In this document: positions 47,601 to 61,100 of the stretch, in pieces
Layout: each line of letters opens with the position of its first letter
Position numbering within the stretch: the first letter of the stretch is position 1
NCBI GenBank assembly: GCA_964188305.1
Contig: OZ076895.1
Length of the DNA: 64,000 nucleotides
Direction: 5' to 3' (one strand)
Origin: Podarcis bocagei
Lineage: Eukaryota
Position numbers and translations under genes: made by a program
The notes under the pieces: generated by a model
What the model was told of the DNA's origin: nothing
The model's database searches: none
Seen by the model: only the letters and a program-made list of their open reading frames with translations

Positions 47601-50600
47601 GTCTCCGCCAGCAGCGGCAGCGCTGCCGCTGCTGGCGGAGAGGTCCGCGAAGCCTGGGCGCGCTGCGCGCAGGCTTCTGCATGCCGGCAAGTATCCGCCA
47701 GCAGCGGCACCGCTGCCGCTGCTGGCGGAGAGATCCGCGAAGCCTGGGCACGCTGCGCGCAGGCTTCTGCATGCCGGCAAGTCTCCGCCAGCAGCGGCAC
47801 CGCTGCCGCTGCTGGGGGAGAGATCCGCGAAGCCTGGGCGCGTTGCGCGCAGGCTTCTGCATGCCGGCAAGTCTCCGCCAGCAGCGGCACCGCTGCCGCT
47901 GCTGGGGGAGAGATCCGCGAAGCCTGGGCGCGTTGCGCGCAGGCTTCTGCATGCCGGCAAGTCTCCGCCAGCAGCGGCACCGCTGCCGCTGCTGGGGGAG
48001 AGATCCGCGAAGCCTGGGCGCGCTGCGCGCAGGCTTGTGCATGCCGGCAAGTCTCCGCCAGCAGCGGCAGCGCTGCCGCTGCTGGCGGAAAGGTCCGGGA
48101 AGCCTGGGCCGGACAGCTTTTGAAGGCAGGCGGGGGGAGCAAAGACTTTCGCCCCCGCCAGCCTTCAGAAGAGGTCCAGGACCTCTTCTGAAGGCTGGCG
48201 GGGGGCAAAAGTCTTTGTCCCCCCTGCCTGCCTTCCCAGGGGCTTTTAAATCGCCCCGACAGCGGAGAAGTCCTCCGCTGTCCGGGGCGATTTTAAAATG
48301 CCGCCCGCCAGCATTTTAAGATCGCCCCGGACAGCGGAGAAGTCCTCCGCTGTCCCAGGGTTTTTTAAAATGCTGGGGGTGGGAAGAAAAGCCCTTGTCC
48401 CCCCCCCCCCCAGCCTTCAGAGGAGGTCCGGGGACAGACTGTCCCCGGACCTGGTCTGAAGTCAGTTTCCCTAGGAACGCATTAATTGATTTTCAATGCA
48501 TTCCTATGGGAAACCGTGCATCGCAAGACGAAAAACTCGCAAGAAGAAAAAACTTGCGGAACGAATTAATTTCGTCTTGCGAGGCACCACTGTAATGGGA
48601 AACCTTGGTTTGTTGTTATGAAGAGGGGCAGAGACAAGCCCTTGGCTCATACACTCCCTCCTCCCCTTCCTCTGCATGCAAAGTGAGATGTGAAGCTTTA
48701 GATTCTACTCAATAGCAAACCAAAGCTTACCTACAAACCTGGATCAAACTATACTTTATAATGTTGGTTTGAGCAAATCTTAGTTTGCTGTTAACTAAAA
48801 AGCAACATTTCTAATCTCCTCCCCTTGCATAAAGCCAATATTTTTGCCTACTCTAATAAAGAGAGTTAGTAGAAACTATGATTTAGTATTATGTCTGAAC
48901 CACCCCACTATGCACTAAAACAGAGGTTTTAAAACACAGCGGACTGATTCAGATGTACCACTAAACCATAGTTCAGACTATACAGTGCAGTATCACCAAA
49001 AGAAACTCACATTAAGAATTCTCAGTTTGGGACGTGTAGTCTTCTCATGCCGAGAGCGGCTGCGCACTGACTTTCGACAATGCCGTTTCGTAGTCCTCCC
49101 TTCATGTCTACCACTAGATGCTGGAACACTTTCATTGCAGTCACTTAAGCCTGAAGCAACATCTGAATGTGCACTAAAGAAAAACAAGTAGGGGGAAAAA
49201 TCAGCTATTTTTTACCTGTAACCCCCCTCCCAGTATCTCTCAGCAAATCAAGGAATGTAAGTAAACTGCTCTTAAGAAAATTCTACCACTACATGCTGAT
49301 AAAATGATTAAATCTGCATTAGTGAAATGAGGCTCAAATGTGTTTTTTAATTAGTCATTAAATGCCTCTCTTGTATATTTCATCAGGAGTTTCCAAACTG
49401 TGGTTTGTGGACCACTAGTAGTCTAGTGATCCACATTCAGGTGATCCACAGTATGTTTGTGGATTTGTGGTTGAACAGGGGAAACAGTACTTTTCATTGC
49501 CTTAAATATTCATAATGTATTGATTATTAATTGTATGTTCATTGCTTCTTTTATTTCTTATATTTTATATTAGTTTTAATTCCATAGACTTCAAATTGTA
49601 ATACACGCGCGCACCCCACTTTACACGCATTCAATATAACGCATAACCTCGCAAAAATGGAGGGTTGCCTTGCAATAACATACAATATATAAGAAATACA
49701 AGAAGCAATTAAATGCAATTAAAAAAACATACAGCATCTAGTGCAGCATATTACAATTGCTATAAACAAGCATAAAAATAATTAAGTAGTTCACTAAGAC
49801 CCTCACCAATTTTCAAGTGGTCTGTAGGGGGGAAAGTTTGGGAATCACTATGTTACATGCTTTAAGAAAGAGTCACCTTTTGAGTCACTTTCAGGAAAGA
49901 CATAGCTCATTTTTAATAGGGTGCTGCAACAGGTAAGGTATAGTTAAGTTAGGACATTATGAGGCTGGTACAACTAGCGTCTGATCAGCCTTGCTGTAAT
50001 TCAGGAAAGGAGTAATCAGCTACAATTAGAAATGGGTAACTTGTGACCCTCCAGAGGTCTCATCAGCCTCAGCCAGCATGGTTGATTGTCAGGGATGATG
50101 GAACTGGAGTCAAACAAGATCAATGCCCCAGCTTAGATGTCGAGGGCAGATGTTAAGAGTTCACATGCGAAGAGTCCACCCAAATCAGAAACAGATTAAC
50201 AGAAGCACCATGTCTGTAATGATAAATATCCAAGTTGAAAAGCAATAATTTACTATTTACCTATCTATTGAGGAAACCAATGGGGTTGATTGCGAAGGCT
50301 GCTGCTGCTGCACTGGTGGTTGAGTCTCTGCAGGTGCTGTTTGAGTAACTCCAGAAGTACTCTGCAAAAGATAAAGCAATCCCTTCATGCATCTTGTTAA
50401 AAAGCTCTTTTTCCAGCCCCATCATAGTCAATCCATCTAGGTAACTAGAAGCTGAAAAGCACACTGTTCTCTCTAGAACATCTTAAAGCATCTAAACATT
50501 TCAAATTTTTAACCCCAAATGAGGTTTTCGTGCAAATTTGAAACAAGTTGCCTGGTGAAAGTCAACCATTTTATTCACTACATGATGGTGGCACTACAGC

Positions 50601-53363
50601 TTGCCATGCAACCAGAAATCTTACTAGCAGAATGTGCAACAGAGAAGCCAATGCAGAGTGCAAAGTCCATTCAAATCTCCCCCAGCTACAGCAAGGCTGC
50701 AGGGAACACGTTTGAGGAGAGATTTTTTTCCAGTGACTATTGAGTATAGCATGTCTTCAATACAATGATTGGCATTACTAGCAAGAAGAGAAGTGCTAGC
50801 AAGTGTTTTGCATCTTGGGAGGCCCACTCACTTCCCAACAGCATAGCCAGGGGCAACAAGGTCTCCACATTGGCATCACATTCTGCTGTAAGAGAAATTC
50901 ATTTTGACGATTAGCATATGATTTTTCAGCTTGCTACCCCAAATGGAAGTGAATTCAAAATTCATGCCCTGAAACTCAGTTTTTAAAATGCACACACACA
51001 GCAACATGCATAGTCCATTTACCTCTAATGCTGTTTGCTGGGAAGCTGAAGATGAGACCTGCTGTGCTAAACAGGAAGCAGGCTGTGGCACTTGAACCTG
51101 TCCGCCTAGACTGCCCAAAGAAACTAAAACATTCTGCTCCACATAAGGCTGTACCATTGCAGCAAGATAGCCTGGCTGAGCCAGTACATCTGTGGGTAAG
51201 GGAGGGGATAGTACTGCAGAAGGGAGGCAAGCAGAGGCCACAGAAGAAGCAATGTTTGAGTCTCCAATATATTGTGCTGGTAGCCGAGGTGGGAAGCCCT
51301 GCGATAAATGAGGAAGCCAAGTTATTGTAATTTAGGGTAATTCAGGGGGAAATAGTATGAAACAGATAGAAAGGGGGGGAATGCAAGGCAAGCTGCATAG
51401 GATTTTTAACTCCCTCCTGCCATGAACTCCTTAGATTTGTTGCACAACTTCCAGGGTACCTTATTTTAAAAAGGAACAAAGCCTACTGCCTTGGGGTCAA
51501 TGTTAAATCCCAAGCCATCATGCACTCTGGAACAGCAGTGCACCATACAACTAAAGGGACCTTAAAGCGACCTGTGTACTAAAAAGGTCCTCCCCATCCT
51601 TTTAATTATAAATGCTCCATCAAGTTACCACGTCTGCAAAGAAGCTGTCAGATGACTGGGTCCCAGTCAAGTCAGAGCAACAGGGCTCCATCTCTTCTAA
51701 TGCCTGCTTGCCAGTCTCTTTCCAGAGACAAAAAGACAGGTTTCACTTGTTATTTATTTTTGTTGTGCTGTCTACTGAAGACAAGTTCAACATGTTTCCC
51801 TAAAACTGGAGCATGGGAAATCTGTTTGCTTGCCATGTGTATATCATGGTGCTTCTGTATCTTCCACAATTTAAGTCTTGTTAAGCTTTTTATGATGTGC
51901 TCCAGCTGACAGTCAAAACTGCCTGGCCAGCACTCCAGCAAATTATCACTGCAGCCTGGCAATCTCATAGCTTGAATCTATTAACTGAGATGAAACTCCT
52001 GATTTGCTAGATGCCCTCATCACACCCAAGCATAAGGTAGTAGTGGAATGGAGAACCTGTAGCTTCCAAATGTTGCTTGACTGCAATTCCCATCGTACCT
52101 CATTGGCCCTGCTGGCTGGGGCTGATGCAGTCCAACAACTTCAGGAGAGCTACAGGCTCCCCACCCTGCACTGGTATTTGAGTGGGGAAACTGTGGCCCT
52201 TCAGTGATCTGACAGTCATTTACATGTCAGTCGACATTACTCTTCCAGCTCAGTTGGTTAGAGTGTGGTGCTGATAATACCAAGGTTGCAGGTTCAAGCC
52301 CCATATGGGACACCTGCATATTCCTGCATTGCAGGGGGTTGGACTAGATGAGCCTCAGGGTGCCTTCCAATTCTATAATTCTACGATTCATTCCTCAGTA
52401 AAAACTACCAATGCAAAAACAAAATACCATTACTAATCAAATTTGGTTTGAAATCAGGACTTTCCCTTGTATATGGAAAAACCATTTGGCCTCTCCTTTC
52501 AAAGACTGCAAGTAACTTTTCAGGACGTCTTAGTGGACTCTAAAGCACCAGAGGAGCAGAAGAGAGGAACTCTTTCTTGACTGCCACAATACCTGGTACA
52601 CAGCATCTGTAGGTGGAAGTGGTACTTCAGCAGTTTGTCCAAGTGTGGCTGGCAATCCCATGGGCTGAACAGATGGCTGTAGAAGCTGTGGGAGAACCTG
52701 GCCGGACAGCTGCGCCACGGGCTGCAGAAGAGTTGGAAGCTGGCTAGGGACAACAGTTGAACCCACAGGAATAGCAGCTGCTGCAGCAGATGTGGCCAAA
52801 GTGAGCAATGGCTGGCTAACACCAGATGCCATGGAGATGGGTAGAGTTGGGAAACCAGGCTGAGCCACTGACACATGAGGTGTTGCTATGGGCATCTGAG
52901 AAACTGAGAACTGTGGGTGAAGGGGAGTCTGTAAGGGCGGGCCCATAGGGAGAAAATGAGAGCCAATGGGCATGACAGGGGCAACTGAAGGCTGAGGAAG
53001 GGAAGGCACTGCCATAGGTAACTGTGTTTCACCTTGGATGATCGGCACTGGCTGGGAAACAGGAAGCTGGGGAGGTAAAGAAAAAGATAGACCTTTAAGG
53101 AGAAAGGTTGCAGGAAGCAGGCTTTTAATTGCATTAGTCCAAGAAAAGGGGGAAAATGTTTACACCACACTTAACAGGAGCAGGGAAGGAATATATTTGA
53201 CAGAGTGGCTGGGAGGGTTACTTCCAATTAGCAATTTTTGGTGCTCTTTTTTGATGCATATCTTTAACATTTTGGAGAAATTATCCTTGTTATCTAAGGA
53301 GAATTTCAGGATGGAGAAACAAGGTCAAGACACCCAGCCAGATGGGTGGGGTAGTAATAATAA

Positions 53364-53401
<38 letters not shown>

Positions 53402-55075
53402 ATATATTATTATTATAGCATGGCATCAGTTTATCTAGAACACACCTCTAATAACCCCTCATATGGGTGTAGGAGCCTAAGGTCAGGTGGAATTGAAAGC
53501 CACTCGGCCAACATATAGAAATACTCTTGTTAGTGCCAAAAAGCAGAGCGAGAAATGCAACAGGAAATTTTTCAGGAAACTTAAGCAAAATTGCCACAAA
53601 AATTTAGTATTCTGGGATTCAAAAGTATATACATCTACAGGACCAATCTGGAGTCAGCAAAAAGCCTCTAGGGCAAGGAGTGAAGGAGGGAGATGTGGAG
53701 AAAAAAGGAGGCTCGTCTTGAAGAGCACTCAGTGTTGGGATACTGAGCCACTGACCCCCTACACTGATTAAAAACAAAACAAAAACTATGCACACACACA
53801 TGCACTCTCAAACAACACACAGGTTTTCTAACTTTTTCAAAATCAGGCATTGCATTTTAGACCATGACAAAAGTTGATGGGTTAAGTCTTCCCATTTAAT
53901 ACACTGATTTTCCTTATCCTAATACTTTCATTGTACTCTTCCAGACAACACATTTCCAACTAGATATATCTATATACCCTGTTTTGTCACATAAATGAAG
54001 GGGGCTTAGCTGCAAACAATTCAGGTAGTCCAGACAGAAGCCCTCCAGGAGCTAGCAAGTTGTAGTTTACCTGTGTCCCAGCTGCTACCTGAGGCACAGA
54101 CATTATTTGTGCTTGCTGAGTAACTGGCTGCGATGGAGCAGCTCCACTGGAAACTGAAGGCTGCTGAACTTGGTATTGCCCAGTCTGTTGTGAAGAGGCT
54201 GAAGGCTGGGTGCTCTGTCATAGAAGAAAAAACAACAGCAGATTATTTACACTGGACAAAAACACCTTTTATCTGGAAATATTTTGCAGCAGTTGATCTT
54301 GTCTTGGGTATATCTGAATTCCTGCTGTGTATGTGTGTATTCTAATGATAATATTTTGTTTTCAGATGTTCAACAGTACTGAGGTAGAGTTAGCACAAAC
54401 TTCCTGAGAAACAACTGAAAATAAGCACAGCCTACTTAAAGGTCAAGGGACGTGGGTGGTGCTGTGGGTTAAACCACAGAGCCTAGGACTTGCTGATCAG
54501 AAGGTCAGCGGTTCGAATCCCTGCGACAGGGTGAGTTCCCGTTGCTTGGTCCCTGCTCCTGCCAACCTAGCAGTTCGAAAGCACATCAAGTGCAAGTAGA
54601 TAAATAGGTACCGCTCCAGCGGGAAGGTAAACGGCGTTTCCGTGCGCTGCTCTGATTCACCAGAAGTGGCTTAGTCATGCTGGCCACATGACCTGGAAGC
54701 TGTACGCCGGCTGCCTCGGCCAATAAAGCGAGATGAGAGCCGCAACCCCAGAGTTGGCCATGACTGGACCTAATGGTCAGGGGTCCCTTTACCTTTACTT
54801 AAAGGTTGGGGGGTGGGGAGGTGACACTATACAAGCATGTGCATGGTGGGAAGGGAATCAACAACTAGCACTCAGACAAAAGTGAAGTTCAGCCTTTCAT
54901 TGGAACTTGGCTTAAAAAAATAGGAAGCTCAAACAAGAAAACTGTGATTTAAGGCCTCCTGGAAACCCAAACCAAACATGTCTTGCAATATAAGTTCATA
55001 GGGAGATCTTGAAACACAATTTCCCAGTTCAAATAACACAGTAAACAGTGTGTTCTGAAGCCAGACATAGGAAGA

Positions 55076-55130
<55 letters not shown>

Positions 55131-58100
55131 TACCCTGCCCATCTAACTGGGTTGCCCCAGCTACTCTGGACTCTGGGTGGCTTCCAACAGAATATGGAAC
55201 ACCACACAATAAAAGCTTCCTGATACAGGGCTGCCTTCATGTGTCTATGAAAGGTCGTATAATTATTTATTCCTTTGACATCTGACGGGAGGAAGTTCCA
55301 CAGGATGGGTGCCACTACCAAGAAGACCTCACTTCTCGCAATGAGGGAGCAGCTAGAAGGCCCTCAGAGCTTAGAGGAGATACAGCTCAAGTTCATTGCT
55401 TGTTTTTACTTTTTGAAATCATAGTTTACTGGAACCAGGAACATTCTATCTATACTTTGCCAACTACTAATACCAGAAAAGTTTGCATGCAGAGCAAAGC
55501 TTTTTGAGAAAAGTTACATAGGAACACCACATGAAATTGTCTCATGCAAGATGAAAGCTAACTGTTAAATGGGACTGATTTCTACAGTTAATCATTTTCA
55601 ACACATTAACAAACTTTCACCAAATATTATTTTGGGCACATTTCTGGGGAAAGCATACAGAATAAATCAAGCTAAGTCAAAGGAATGATAATCACCTATA
55701 ACTTGGAAGCAGAAAAGTAAAATTTTAAAAATACAAATCTTAAACAAATTCCACAGCAAATCCCCAAAGAAATAAAAAAAAATGTACAAAATTCACTTTA
55801 GTATATGTTAATTTAACCATGACCCACCTTTCCTACCTAGAAACAAGGTAGCTGACTTCTTGTCCTCTAGATGTTGTTGAACTACAACTCCCATCTTCTC
55901 TGACCATTGCCTGTATTTGCTCATGGTGATGGGAGCTGGAGTCCAGCATCAGCTGGAGAGCCATAGAGTAGTTCAACCTGCTACCGAGTCAAACTTGGGG
56001 ATAAACACTGAAAGCACTATAAAAAAAGAACTGCACTGAATATCCTCAACCTACAGAAATATATGAAAAACAATTGCTCATCATTACCTGTTGACTTGGC
56101 TGCATTAGCTGGGATGATGTGCCAACTGATGAAGCATTTGAGGTTGGCTGCCCTTTCATCTGCGCCTAAAGGAAAAAGACAGAGAATCAGATTCTTTGCC
56201 AACTTCTGTACTGAAAATAAGCACCTGAACAACACTGGCCTGTAGTTAAACAGCCCCAATGAATTAGAACAGCATTCAATATGGACGCTTCAAACAAAGT
56301 ACTGTCATTGCAATGCATTGTTTTACAATGCATTATTTTTGTAGCATCTAATACAAGTTGCAAGTCTAAGTTCTGCATGATGCATTTCTACAATGCAAAT
56401 CTCATCCTCATGCAGTTTGTCAAAGATCTGCATCAGGCTACGCTAGCACAAGAGGAAACAATGAGCTGTAGTTTGGTTTAGCTCCATTAAATATCTGCAT
56501 TTACAAGCAATATGTAATCTAGGCCAATATTAATTCATCTTAATAAGCATCATAACTAAGACTTGTCCTGGAATTTTGATTTCCAGCTAATAACTTCCCA
56601 TTTTAATAAGTAAGCAAGGCACAATAATCATGAATGGATGTGAAAGAAAGAAAAGAAAAGCCAACTACCCAAACTGGAATGGCAATGATCATTTTTGAAA
56701 AAGGCATTTGCAGCATACTGAAATGTATACCACATTCTGGGCTTTATCTTGGTATATAATGGAAAAATGGTATGTACAAAGTGGAAAAATCAGAGCTAAA
56801 GCTTGTAATGTTGCAGTGACAAGGTTGAATAAGGTATACAATATTTGGACAATTACACAAAGAATTTGAAAGAAAAAAGGTAGCCGAAGGAGTTCATTTA
56901 GCCAAGTCAAACCTATAGGAACGTATGGTGTCAGATTGTTATCAAACAAGCATATTCTATATACGCTGGCAGTATGGTGGAAACATGGGACAGAGCTGTG
57001 GGGTCATTTTGAGAGGTAGGAGAAAATACTATTCAGTTAGCTTGTGAGGTTCATCCTGTAAGGTTTGGATCTGAATTAAGTGCTTCTGTGGAATCTATTT
57101 TGCCTGTTTGTGTTCAAGTTTCACCACAGAAACATTTCTCAACGTCTGCTGATTTCTCCAAGGAAATCCACAAAGGAACTTGTAAATACAGCATTCCCGT
57201 GTCTCAGTAATAAAAACTGTTTCCCCACCACCAAAAAAAATGTGTCTACTGTTCCAAAAAAAAGACTACTAGGACCCAGAAAAAGCAACAAGTTACAAGT
57301 CACTAATATAAAGTGAGTAAAGGAATAAAACTTTCACATTACTAGTTTCACTACTGTTACTGAAATGCTGCTATCAGTAAAAAGTGAGGTTTTGTTTTCA
57401 GAAAAAAAACATTTACTTCCAAGACTTCACACTAAATACTTGCATGGTGCTTTTCTAAAACACTGGAAATACATTATCTCATGAAACCTGTAAAGGTCAG
57501 CTTATTGTCCTCATATTGACAATTGAGGGCTGAAGGCAACAGTTTATAAGTGAGGCAAGATTTGAACCAGAGACTTCCACAACACTTAAGACATGCCACC
57601 TTACCAGGCTGTGAAGATCTGCATCTCAAGACTGATGTGAAATTGCTCTAAGAAAATTGATTCCTCTTATAAATGTTACCCAAACACTACTGATTGATGC
57701 TCGTGAAACCCATAGCATTCAACTGAGCTACTACCATGGGTGCCGCAAACTATAGTCTCTCAATGGTGGTAACTAGTTTATGCCAGTGAAAACAATTAGA
57801 CTATCAGCAAAATCAAATCAAATCAAAGTTGAAAGACAGAGACTCTCAATGTAATTTTTAAGAGTTAAAATGCTTCAAAGCACATTTGTACAGTTAAAAA
57901 CTCTTATCAATATTCACTATCCTTTGTTAGTGGGAAGTTACAGGGAACCAGGCAGAGGGCCTTCTCGGTAATAGCGCCCTCCCTGTGGAACGCCCTCCCA
58001 TCAGATGTCAAAGAGAATAACAACTACCAGACTTTTAGAAGACATCTGAAGGCAGCCCTGTTTAGGGAAGCTTTTAATGTTTGATGTATTACAGTATTTT

Positions 58101-61100
58101 AATTTTTTTTTGGAAGCCACCCAGAGTGGCTGGGGAAGCCCAGCCAGATGGGAGGGGTATAAATAATAAATTATTATTATTATTTGTGGGTTGCCTTACA
58201 AAAAGTATGTATACCCTACATCAGGCTTCCTCAACCTTGGCCCTCCAGATGTTTTTGGCCTACAACTCCCATGATCCCTAGCTAGCAGGACCAGTGGTCA
58301 GGGATGATGGGAACTGTAGTCTCAAAACATCTGGAGGGCAGAGGTTGAGGAAGCTTGCCCTACATATTTTGTTTTCTGGGCATTTGTCTGATGAATAATT
58401 TTGTAAAAACTTTTCATGCTGTTTGCTTTCTAAAGGTAGTTTAGCATCTTGTTTATATGGAAGCATGTTACAATGGTTGTGCTCACAAACATAGTGGTAA
58501 GCTATGGTCTGTTCTAATAATAGTTTGCTCAAGAAACCACAAGTCACCTTGAAAACTAAGGGGAGGGGGGAGTCACGACTTGTTTCTCCAACTGCTTTTC
58601 CCTCATGCAATTGAAGCTTGGCAAGTGCCTGTGGTGGTGGGATAATACAAATCATGGTTAAGCAAGACTGATGGATTTAGATATGTCAAACTCTAGAAGA
58701 AAACAAGCCATCGTTTGTAAGTCAACCACCACTTCACCTTGAGGTCTGCTCTGGAGAATTTGGATATTCAAGCAAACCACGCTTTGGCTAAACAAGCCAT
58801 GGCTTAGCATAATGTATGAACCAGGCTATTGCAGTTTTATGACTGCAGAATAGTCCTTCTTCAATGTTACACAAAGTTTTCCCAGGGAGTTGTAAATAGA
58901 GTAATAAAGTCTTCCTTGGAGCACACTATCATTGTCTCTGTCCTACAAATCAAACAGGTTTGTGCATTTTTGCAATGCTTTGAAGACTCACAAAATCTAT
59001 TTCATAGACCACACAAACTGGTCAGCCAATAATTTTGCTGGACAGTCCCCTTACCTATTTATGGTGAGGACAGAATAAGCCAAACTCTCACACCTTCCTG
59101 CTATTACTGCTTATGAATACCCCTCTATGGTTGGCAGTTAGAAAACACACATCACGCAGGAGGGTGGTTTGACCTAGAGATTGCCACTTGTTGACCTCTG
59201 CAACAGTAAGACAGAAAAACCTCCAACTCTAATCAGTTCTGTACAACACAGTGCCTCTAACCTACAATAAGACCGAGAAAGTGCATGTGTTAAGAAAGAA
59301 GGGCACTACTTGGCACAGTATGAATATAGAGTGGTACTGCTTTGGTTTGTGTTTATAGAGAACAGTTATTACTTCATCCAGTCTAGTACATCTTCAGGCT
59401 GTGAAACAGTCTCTGTATTTCTCTTACCTGAGCATCCAAGTGAGCATCAGATAAGTAAAAAAGAATTTTTTTCAACATTGTTAAATGACCAGCACTTGTT
59501 ACCATATTAAACAGGCTCACACGGCAAGGTTTTGACAACCATCAATACATACGACATAAACTGATCACAATGAGGGCTGCTCCTAGTAAGCTAGGACCAC
59601 AGAAGCTTCAACAACCACACAATACTGTTCTAATCTCAAATACTCCAGTAATTTGCAGGGATGTGAGGAGATTAAGGAAAGGTTGAAACAGGATAAGGAA
59701 TACAAGGAGTTTTGCACTATGAAGTTGCGGGGGGGGGGGGGGTTACGAAAAACGAAGTAATTTGGAAACATTTGTTCCTGTAACCTGAGGATAGAGTGTA
59801 GATGGTCCTGATGAAGCCAGTGCCGAGAAAGCCTGTTGAGATGAAGTTCCCTGTGGGAAGTGGAAGATGATCTGTGAATCCTGAAATGCCTTCTGAGTCA
59901 GCTGGGCAGCAAGCAGAGGCAAGCCTGAATCATACGATGCAGATACCCCAGTGGGAGGAGGAGAAAGAAAGTCACCAGTGTCTGAGGAAGTCAACTGTGA
60001 TGAATCACTGGAGTATCCTGGGCTACCTTCTGGCCAGCTCTGTAAGACAGAACTGCCTCTAGTCACCATGAACTCGGAACCTAGGTAGCTGCACTGCTCT
60101 TCCGTTACAGGCTGAAGACGGCCAGGCTGTACGGTTGTCTGAGGGGCCTCCTCCTGGTTAAAATCTGTGGAGCCTCGACGGTTTCTATAAACGCGCTGTG
60201 AGAGGACAGCACCGTCTCCTGCAGTTGCACTGGGTGCTTGAACATGGAACTCAAACACACAACTTGCTCGACCGTCCGCACTGTGAGTGAGTATGGCAGG
60301 TGCAGAATGTGGAACAAATACTGGGTGAAAATTCATTTGTGTGGCATCTGCACTCAGTGGTGCTGACATACTAGACAATGGTGATGGTGGATTCATTCCA
60401 GAATCCAGTCTCAAGTTCTGAATCTGTCTTGCCAGAAATGGCTGCCCAGTTTGATATTCAAAAGTAGAACTCTGCGGGGGGCCGCCTTGCAAATTTCTCT
60501 GTTCAGGAGCCTGCAGTAAGTGTTGCTCAGTCCCCTGGGGATTCTGGGGCACTGTATCATAGTGTTCTGGCAACTGGGACTGGTAGTGCATGCCCACTAA
60601 ATACATTGCTTCTTGAGTCAACATGCTTGCAGCATCCTTTGAAAGCGCTTGTCCAGATCTGTAATCACTCAACCCTTGAGCCGAGTCAAAACCAGGGTTA
60701 GCCTGCATATGCTCCCCAGCTGTGCTGCTCATTGTCACCAGTCCCTCTGGTGTCCAAGTTGCTGGACTACCAACAGGGAGAACAAAACTCTGACCAGTCT
60801 TGAGCAAGGGCTGGAAGTGGCAGGTTTGGGCTTCAAGGGTGGAAGTGCTCTTGCGTCGCTGAGAAATGGCCACCCGTGAAGGGCAGATGGGTGGTGGCGA
60901 GAAAGACACTGGCCGTTCATGAACGGTTGGAAAAAATACTTGGGAATCTGGGAACGTTGGGGTTCCCCCACACGGATGCACCATGGATTGAGGCTGTATT
61001 GACATGAACAAGACAAGTAATTCACACGTTATAGAAGCATATTAGCATGTTCAGCTCAATAGGCAGCTCTCTTTAGTAACCTTATAGAATGGCTACGCCT

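Noticed and set aside
47554-48110. CRISPR-like array of palindromic repeats
   Set aside because: Units are contiguous near-identical 90-mers with no unique spacers, there are no cas genes, and the context is a vertebrate intron.
47425-48319. Five overlapping 175-242 aa ORFs on both strands
   Set aside because: By-product of a stop-free GC-rich 90-bp (30-codon) repeat inside a MITE; no splice or protein-family signal.
52247-52315. tRNA-Ile-like gene
   Set aside because: Degenerate stems and direct continuation into a CR1-type tail identify it as a SINE head; the same applies to 14978 and 54447.
54929-55321. ORFs with poly-Ile/poly-Leu tracts
   Set aside because: Translation of an L2 3' end and its (TTA)n tail.
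59743-61011. Independent single-exon 422-aa gene
   Set aside because: It is the WNK1 HSN2 exon with phase-0 splice sites at 60993 and 59785; the ORF-track start is a TTG in the intron.
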